Shown: positions 57,853-64,000 of the stretch, in pieces
Numbering within the stretch: position 1 is the stretch's first letter
How the letters are laid out: each line of letters begins with the position of its first letter
Origin: Candidatus Latescibacterota bacterium
GTDB taxonomy: Bacteria > Latescibacterota > UBA2968 > UBA8231
Length of the DNA: 64,000 nucleotides
Direction of reading: 5' to 3'
Assembly: GCA_965215195.1 (NCBI GenBank)
Contig: CBDCDC010000002.1
Coordinates: 1,024,001 to 1,088,000, forward strand
Notes under the pieces: model-generated
The model's input: only the letters and a program-made list of their open reading frames with translations
Told to the model about the DNA's origin: nothing
Database searches by the model: none
Translations under genes and position numbers: made by a program

Positions 57853-60483
57853 TTGACACGCCTAACGATACTATTGCTGTATGGTGGTTTGCTCCTCGCG
57901 CCGCAGCCGTCCGCGGCCTGGCGCACCACCGGATTTGACAATCCCTATTACACTTCGGCCACCGAAGTCGCACCCTCGACCCTCGTCCCTTCGGTGCGCA
58001 AGTGGTATCAGCCGCAGCGCCTGTACGAACTCTACGACTGGCGGCAAGACCAGTACTCCAACTACGCACGCAATCCCTACCAACGCTACAACGACGTCTT
58101 CTTGGAGGGATCGCCCTTTTACGACATCTACGGCTCGTATATCAGCCAAGGGTGGCAGGTGTACAACTGGACCGAGAACTATCCCACGGCCAGCGGCAGC
58201 AGCATCTTCAAAAGCCCGCGCTTCAGCTCGTGGTTCAGCAACGTCCTCATCTCCTCCAGCCACTCCGGGCAGTTCCACTCCTCCCTGATGGTGGGCGACG
58301 GCATCCGCACGACCCTGACGCCGCTCACCTTTTCCAAGCCGCGCTTCGACGGCGTACAGTGGGACGCGATGTCAGACAAATACGCCCTGACCCTGCTCAC
58401 GTCGCGCGTCAACAACACCGGCGTCGTCTTAGGCACCGAAGGCGAAGCCGGTGTGCAGTTCAGCACGTTCACCAACCTGTGGGCCGCCAAAGGCCAAGTC
58501 AGCATCGGCGACTTCTCCAACGTTGGCCTAACCTTTGTCAACGCAGCCCACATGAACTCCAACATTCCCTTTGGCGACAATTCGCTCAAAGGGCAGCTCA
58601 GCGGGCCGATGAACAACGACTTCGTGCGCTCGATCATCGTGCGCATTTCCGATGACTCGCCCGAAGACGGCGAAGGCGGTGCCCTGCTGTCGCGCTGGCG
58701 CATTTTCGCCAACGGCGTAGAGCACACCGACGACATCGCACCCGTCGTAGAAGGTGGTTTCCGCCGCCGCGGCGTGATTGAAGCGAGTGGCACCGACGTA
58801 ATCACCCTCACGTTCAACATCGAGGACTTCGCGCCCACCGTCGATGACGAAATCGACGACTTCCGCGAGATTGAGCACGTGGAGATCGGCCTAGTACTGG
58901 CCAACGACTACAAGGTAGAGGTTGCTTCCAACAAACAGACCAACCAGCTCGGCGCACCTGTGTTCCTGACTGTGCTGCGCGCCCCGGGCAACGTCAAGGA
59001 CGGAGCCAACCAAGCCTTTCACACGTTTCGCTACGGCCTGCCCACCGGCAACCGCCTGCTCGGATTCGACCTGTCGATCAACGACGTGGCCGGCTTTGAC
59101 CTGAGGGGAGAATACGTGCGCAACTTCCAGTACCGCCGCTTCCCCAACGAAAACTTCATGCGCGATCAAGCCCTAGCCACCAACGCGGCCGAAGCCTTTT
59201 ACGTAACCGCGCAGAAGCGACATTACCCGTGGACCGTCTTTGCCGAAGCCTTTAGCATGGACGCAGAGTACTCGACCCAAGCCTTTATCCCAAACTCCGA
59301 GGGCGAGGTGTACTACGGCAACGAGCAGCAAAGCGCGTACGAGTTCGTCGATGACAACGACGATCAAGACGAATTGCCCGACTGGACTCGGCGCTACCAC
59401 GGCCCGCGCGTCAACACCCGCCAAGGGGTGGGGCTACTAACCGACAACGCGGTCTTTCCCGGGATCGACGAAAACAACGACGATCTCTCGGATTTCAACC
59501 GCAACTACAACCGCCTACCCGACTACGCCGAGCCTTTTCTGCGCTTCGAGGTGGATCCCCCGGACTTTCTCTTTGGCATGGACATGAACAACAACGGGAT
59601 CATCGATCGCTTTGAAGACGACTCCGAAGCGGACTATCCCTACAAACGCGGGCACCGGGGATACAACACGTACGTAGGCGTTGAAATCGCGCCGGACATA
59701 AACGCGATGGCCGGCCGGCTCGACGAGCGTCTGCTGAAAACCGCCCGCGAAAACGCCACCACGTACCTGCTCTTGACCGCAAGCGAAAAGTTCCCCCGCT
59801 ACAACCTGCAAGTGCGGCTAATTGTCAATCCGCGCAAGGTTGCAGACGACATTCCCGAGGACGTCTTTTTGTGGGTCGATACGCCCGGCACCTTCGGGGA
59901 ATCGCGCTTTATCCGCGACCAACTCGTGGCACGCGATGCGTTCGTCAACACCACGTATTTAGACGTGCGCTACGACCGCTACATCTCGTTTACCACCAAA
60001 GTCAAGCACGAACAATACACGCAATTGGGGTCGGCGCGTGACGAGCTAAACAACCAGCGCTTCCTCGGCGTGATCAACAAGGCCCAGTACCCGCTCCACC
60101 TGCGCTCTTGGGACCTGACCCTGAACTGGAAACAGCTATACAGCAATCGAGTGCCGGCCGACAAGGGCGCGTTGCAAACGTCCGATCTAACGGAGATTTT
60201 CTCGCTGCTGGCCGGCCGCGAGATCAACCGCAACATGAGCTTTACGGCCGGCGTCGAATACGAGATAGCCAACAACTTGGGCGAGCGGCCCGAGGGATTT
60301 CTAGAGGACGGCACCACGCTGGTGCTGGCCGGCCAGCTCGCCAACCAATCGGCCTATCAGGGGTATGCGCTGACGACCAACGTCGGGCTGCGCTGGACCC
60401 GCCAAGACCTCGACTCAGCCCCTGCATCGGCCAAGCTATTCACCTTCATCAGCGTCTTCGCCGGGCTGGGCAAGGACCTGTAA
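57853..60483 (+). CDS. Large Asp-rich secreted, putative outer-membrane protein, paralog of 27325..29982
   Basis: AGGAGAGAGG RBS then TTG 57853; shares NYARNPY.RY, DDSPEDG.GGA, DDNDDQD, FLFG.DMNNN; ends FISVFAGLGKDL. Confidence 0.82.
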   Translation: MTRLTILLLYGGLLLAPQPSAAWRTTGFDNPYYTSATEVAPSTLVPSVRKWYQPQRLYELYDWRQDQYSNYARNPYQRYNDVFLEGSPFYDIYGSYISQGWQVYNWTENYPTASGSSIFKSPRFSSWFSNVLISSSHSGQFHSSLMVGDGIRTTLTPLTFSKPRFDGVQWDAMSDKYALTLLTSRVNNTGVVLGTEGEAGVQFSTFTNLWAAKGQVSIGDFSNVGLTFVNAAHMNSNIPFGDNSLKGQLSGPMNNDFVRSIIVRISDDSPEDGEGGALLSRWRIFANGVEHTDDIAPVVEGGFRRRGVIEASGTDVITLTFNIEDFAPTVDDEIDDFREIEHVEIGLVLANDYKVEVASNKQTNQLGAPVFLTVLRAPGNVKDGANQAFHTFRYGLPTGNRLLGFDLSINDVAGFDLRGEYVRNFQYRRFPNENFMRDQALATNAAEAFYVTAQKRHYPWTVFAEAFSMDAEYSTQAFIPNSEGEVYYGNEQQSAYEFVDDNDDQDELPDWTRRYHGPRVNTRQGVGLLTDNAVFPGIDENNDDLSDFNRNYNRLPDYAEPFLRFEVDPPDFLFGMDMNNNGIIDRFEDDSEADYPYKRGHRGYNTYVGVEIAPDINAMAGRLDERLLKTARENATTYLLLTASEKFPRYNLQVRLIVNPRKVADDIPEDVFLWVDTPGTFGESRFIRDQLVARDAFVNTTYLDVRYDRYISFTTKVKHEQYTQLGSARDELNNQRFLGVINKAQYPLHLRSWDLTLNWKQLYSNRVPADKGALQTSDLTEIFSLLAGREINRNMSFTAGVEYEIANNLGERPEGFLEDGTTLVLAGQLANQSAYQGYALTTNVGLRWTRQDLDSAPASAKLFTFISVFAGLGKDL

Positions 60484-61812
60484 GCTAACTTCGGCGAGTG
60501 CTTCCGCATTTATCTCAATATCTGCGCTGTATTGCTCGCGGAGCCGTGCGATGAAGGCGTCCATGGCCTTGGTTTCCGCCTGCTGCCTCAGCAGGGTTCC
60601 AATGCTGTTATAGACCAAGGATAGATCCGCCACTTTGCCGTCGGCGCGGGTAAACATCTCGACGTTGGCATCGTAGTGTGCGCGAATGGCCTCGTCGGTG
60701 ATGGGCTGCTGGCGCGCCACTTCCCTGCCCTCGGTGCGATAGAGCCACTCGACGATGAGCGCGTCGCGCTTTTTCTCCACCGGCTCGCGCACCTGTGGGT
60801 CGCGGTCGTATTGCAGCTTGCGGCCCTCGGCCATCATAATCTGTACCCCGGCCAAGTTCTCGGCCGCCTTGTAGCGGCCGGCACTGTCGAGCCGGCTGTG
60901 GCTCGCTTGTAGGTTGGCCCAGTACTCGGCCGTGGTCAGTTGGCCGTCGCGCCAGCTAAAGAGCACCCGCTCCTCGCCATCGGGCGCGGGCGCGGCCAAG
61001 GCTTTTAGGCCCTCGGCGTGGGCCGCTAGCTGGTATTCGCGGCGCAAACGGTGGATGTATTGTTCCATGTCGTCGGCCCGCTTTTGCACACGCGCTTTTT
61101 CTCGTAACCACTCGCGCTGAGTCGCAAAATCCAAGTGCCGCCGTTTGTTGAGCCGGAAGACGTGATAGCCCATTTGGGTCTTCACCGGCTGCGGATAGAG
61201 CTGTCCCTCGGCCATGGTCCGCAGCGGTTCCTTCAGCTCGGGCAGCATGTTGCCCATTTTGAACCACCCCAACTGACCAGCCGGGCCAAAGCGCCGCTGG
61301 ATGGTCGCCGTCGAATAGATGGGCACCAGCGACTCAAACCGAGTGCCCTCTTGCAGCGCCATTAGTACCTCATAGGCCTCTTCTTCAGTGGCGCAGACGA
61401 TTTGCCGGCTCAAGACCTCGACATCGTATTCGCGCTCTTTGGCGAAAGCCCGCAGCTCCTCTTCGGTTGACATGTAATCGCCGCGCAGGGCCTCTTCCTC
61501 GTACAGTTTGGACACCACGGCCTTTTGCGCGGCCCGCTCGACTTCGCGGGCAATGCTCGGCTCGCGGTCAAGGCCGCGGCGCAACCCTTCGCGCACCAAT
61601 AGCTCGCCGGCGATCACGCCGTTGAGCAGCACTAACTTGGCGTCCGCATTCATCTCCTCAATGTGCTTGTAACTCGTTTGCATCAGCTTTTGCGCTCGCT
61701 CCCTAAAGTCTTCCTTTGATAGGGTGGTTTCGCCGATGCGGGCGACGTAGGTAGGCTCAGGTTCTGTCCCACAAGCCGCGAGCGCGAGCAGGACGATTGT
61801 TGTCAACTTCAT
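60436..61812 (-). CDS. PpiC/SurA-like PPIase lipoprotein, paralog of 33995..35623
   Basis: MKLTTIVLLALAAC, YVARIGE, GQLGWF, PVKTQMGYHVFRL. Confidence 0.87.
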   Translation of the reverse strand: MKLTTIVLLALAACGTEPEPTYVARIGETTLSKEDFRERAQKLMQTSYKHIEEMNADAKLVLLNGVIAGELLVREGLRRGLDREPSIAREVERAAQKAVVSKLYEEEALRGDYMSTEEELRAFAKEREYDVEVLSRQIVCATEEEAYEVLMALQEGTRFESLVPIYSTATIQRRFGPAGQLGWFKMGNMLPELKEPLRTMAEGQLYPQPVKTQMGYHVFRLNKRRHLDFATQREWLREKARVQKRADDMEQYIHRLRREYQLAAHAEGLKALAAPAPDGEERVLFSWRDGQLTTAEYWANLQASHSRLDSAGRYKAAENLAGVQIMMAEGRKLQYDRDPQVREPVEKKRDALIVEWLYRTEGREVARQQPITDEAIRAHYDANVEMFTRADGKVADLSLVYNSIGTLLRQQAETKAMDAFIARLREQYSADIEINAEALAEVSLQVLAQPGEDADEGE

Positions 61813-61828
61813 GCGACAAATTTCTCCG

Positions 61829-63460
61829 TTATTTCCCGGTAGCTTCCTCAATGACCAGGTGCTGATTGGCCGCCACGTTTAAGAGGGTCTGCACTGTGCC
61901 GCGGGGCCAAAAAACTTGCAGTGAATCCACTTGGCTATGGCGGCCCAAGCCCAGCGTTAGGCGCACGTCGCTGCTGCCCATGTACCCGTAGCTGCGGCGA
62001 ATTTCGCGCTTTTGCACGAGGTCGCCCGCCACGGCGCGGATTTTGGTGCCGAGCCCGTCGCGATTGCTTCGCGTACCTACGGCCTCGATCGTCAGGTAGT
62101 GATGGCCGCTGTGGTCGTTGCGCAACAGGGTGCAGTGGGGCGCGGCCGAATCCGAGACGAAGATGTCGACGTCGCCATCGTTGTCGTAATCGCCCAAAGC
62201 GGCACCGTGGCTGACGCGCTCGACGAGCAGCCCCGGGCCGCTGGCGTTGCTCACGTCGGCAAAGGTGCCATCGCCCTGATTGCGAAATAGCTGGTTTTGC
62301 TGGGGATAGGTCGCGTCTGGATCGAACTCGCGCACGTTTTCATCGAGGTGGCCGTTGGTGACAAAGACGTCGAGGAAGCCGTCGTTGTCGCTGTCGAAAA
62401 AGATCGCGGCCATGCCCAAGTAGGGTACGCTCGGTGCGCCGAGATGGGCGGCAAACGTCAGGTCGCTGAAAAAGCCGCCGCCGTCGTTGTGGTAGAGCGT
62501 ATTGGGCAGCCATTGGAAGGTGGCGAGGATGATGTCGAGCCGGCCGTCGTTGTCGTAGTCGCCGAAATCCGCACCCATAGCCGACTCAGCGAGCCCCTCC
62601 TCGTTGTACGCCACCCCGGCGATGGTGCCATGCTCGGCGAAGGTGCCGTCGCCGTTGTTGAGGAAGAGAAAATTGGGCTGCCGGTCGTTGGCAATGAATA
62701 GGTCCGGGTCGCCATCGTCGTCGCAGTCGCCAAACACCGCGGCCAGTTGCCGGCCCTCGTCGTTGAACAAGCCGGCCGGCCGCGTCGCATTGGCAAACGC
62801 GAGGTCGCTGTCGTTGCGATAGAGCACTCCAGACTGGCCCGGGTACGCGAGAGGGCCGCAGATGGACCGCGCCGCGCCCGTAAAACACTCCTTGTTCGCG
62901 TCCAAATCGAACTCCATGTAATTGGCCACGTACAGATCCAAGTCGCCATCGCGGTCGTAGTCGGCAAAGGCCGCATGCGTACCCCAACCCGGGTCGCCGA
63001 GGCCGGTTCGGTCCGTCACATCGGCAAAGGCGCGGCCCTCGCCCTCGTTGAGGTAGAATACATTGGGGCCGTAGTTGGTCACGTACAGATCGGGGTCGCC
63101 GTCGTTATCCACGTCGCCGACCGCGGCGCCCATGCCGTACCCATTGTCGCCGGTGCGCACGGCCTCCGTGACATCTGCGAAGGTGCCGTCGCCTTCGTTG
63201 CGGTAAAAGGCATTGGTGCCGGGCGGGCCGGCATAGCCCGGCAGGGCCGTGCCGTTGACGATGTACAGGTCGAGGAAGCCATCGCCATCGGCGTCGAAGA
63301 ACGCCGCGCCCGAGCCGATGGCCTCGGGCAGGTACTTGCGGCCGCTCGCGCCGTTTACATAGCAAAAGTCAATGCCGGCTGCGCGGGTCACCTCGACGAA
63401 GTGAGGTGCGGATTGGGCACTGACGCTGGAGACCACCAACGCGAGGAGTAGCAGGAGCAC
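61829..63460 (-). CDS. CRTAC1 / ASPIC-UnbV family protein with FG-GAP-like repeats
   Basis: Repeated D.D.DG..DL motifs; C-terminal SNRDGLG..GLG..VDSLQVFWPRG. Confidence 0.93.
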   Translation of the reverse strand: MLLLLLALVVSSVSAQSAPHFVEVTRAAGIDFCYVNGASGRKYLPEAIGSGAAFFDADGDGFLDLYIVNGTALPGYAGPPGTNAFYRNEGDGTFADVTEAVRTGDNGYGMGAAVGDVDNDGDPDLYVTNYGPNVFYLNEGEGRAFADVTDRTGLGDPGWGTHAAFADYDRDGDLDLYVANYMEFDLDANKECFTGAARSICGPLAYPGQSGVLYRNDSDLAFANATRPAGLFNDEGRQLAAVFGDCDDDGDPDLFIANDRQPNFLFLNNGDGTFAEHGTIAGVAYNEEGLAESAMGADFGDYDNDGRLDIILATFQWLPNTLYHNDGGGFFSDLTFAAHLGAPSVPYLGMAAIFFDSDNDGFLDVFVTNGHLDENVREFDPDATYPQQNQLFRNQGDGTFADVSNASGPGLLVERVSHGAALGDYDNDGDVDIFVSDSAAPHCTLLRNDHSGHHYLTIEAVGTRSNRDGLGTKIRAVAGDLVQKREIRRSYGYMGSSDVRLTLGLGRHSQVDSLQVFWPRGTVQTLLNVAANQHLVIEEATGK

Positions 63461-63462
63461 GG

Positions 63463-64000
63463 CTAGTCCTGCGTTTGGCTGGCGGTGCCGAACTTGCGGG
63501 CGAGGGCCGCGCCGCGCTGTAAGCGGGCGTTGTCTGGCTCAAAGTGCAAGCCGCGCTGATAGCTCGCCAACGCTTGGGCAAATGCTTTTTGCATCATCAG
63601 GGTATTGCCGAGCGCGAGATGCGCGAGCACATAGGTGGAGTCCGCGCGCAGGGCCTGGCGGAACAGGGACATGGCCGCGGCCACTTGGCGGCGACGCAAA
63701 TACAGGTTGCCCAAGTTGTGATAAGAGGGCGCGAAATTGGGGTTGCGGTCAATAGCCTGTAAATAGTACAGGTGCGCTTCTTCGTACTGTCTGCGCTGGC
63801 CGTATAGCGCACCTATCTTGTGGTACAGCTCGGCCTTGTCGGGCGTACGGATCAGGGTAGTGCGCAAGCTGGCGAGGAGCTTTTCCTGCTTTTCCAGTTC
63901 GTTGTACAGGGCCAATTGGCGGCGGCCCGCTTCCGGCTGGCCACGGCGCAACAGGGCGTTGCCGAGGTTGAAGCGGGCCAGCGCAAAGAGCGAGTCGAGG
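63463..64000 (-). CDS. TPR repeat protein, 5' end outside the window
   Basis: YHKIGALY, SYHNLGNLY, AHLALGNTL repeats; the frame appears to continue to the right edge. Confidence 0.85.
   Translation of the reverse strand, partial: LDSLFALARFNLGNALLRRGQPEAGRRQLALYNELEKQEKLLASLRTTLIRTPDKAELYHKIGALYGQRRQYEEAHLYYLQAIDRNPNFAPSYHNLGNLYLRRRQVAAAMSLFRQALRADSTYVLAHLALGNTLMMQKAFAQALASYQRGLHFEPDNARLQRGAALARKFGTASQTQD

Overview
Bacterial window, mostly GC-rich, with three visibly more AT-rich blocks (about 6.8-20.5 kb, 37.5-41.9 kb, 55.9-57.4 kb). The gene content resembles Latescibacterota-like, possibly host-associated, bacteria (inference only). (1) 1-19.9 kb is one co-directional minus-strand run. 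It begins with a 20-aa-repeat protein and a block flanked by two paralogous lipoproteins. That block holds a non-housekeeping Hsp70 module (Hsp70-vWA fusion, GrpE-like, lidless Hsp70, HPD-less membrane-anchored J-like protein) plus PPC/Sel1 proteins. Next comes a tight phospho-signalling operon: inactive and active trypsin-TM-FHA proteins, TM-vWA, FHA, MotA/TolQ/ExbB, FHA and a membrane PP2C. (2) 20.5-35.6 kb and 47.4-64 kb are two paralogous envelope loci. Together they encode six large secreted proteins ending in an FTPNGDG..ND / VAY C-terminal domain, two ~900-aa Asp-rich putative outer-membrane proteins, two PPIase lipoproteins, TPR proteins and an ASPIC/UnbV protein. (3) The centre holds an orphan family-5 ABC substrate-binding protein, a decayed defence/IS islet (DUF4160/DUF2442, IS630, IS4 fragment, hsdS pseudogene), a ThuA-GSDH-PKD-CBM6 protein and a DUF6785-like membrane protein. 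No rRNA, tRNA or CRISPR array was recognised. All domain calls come from motif reading, not database searches.
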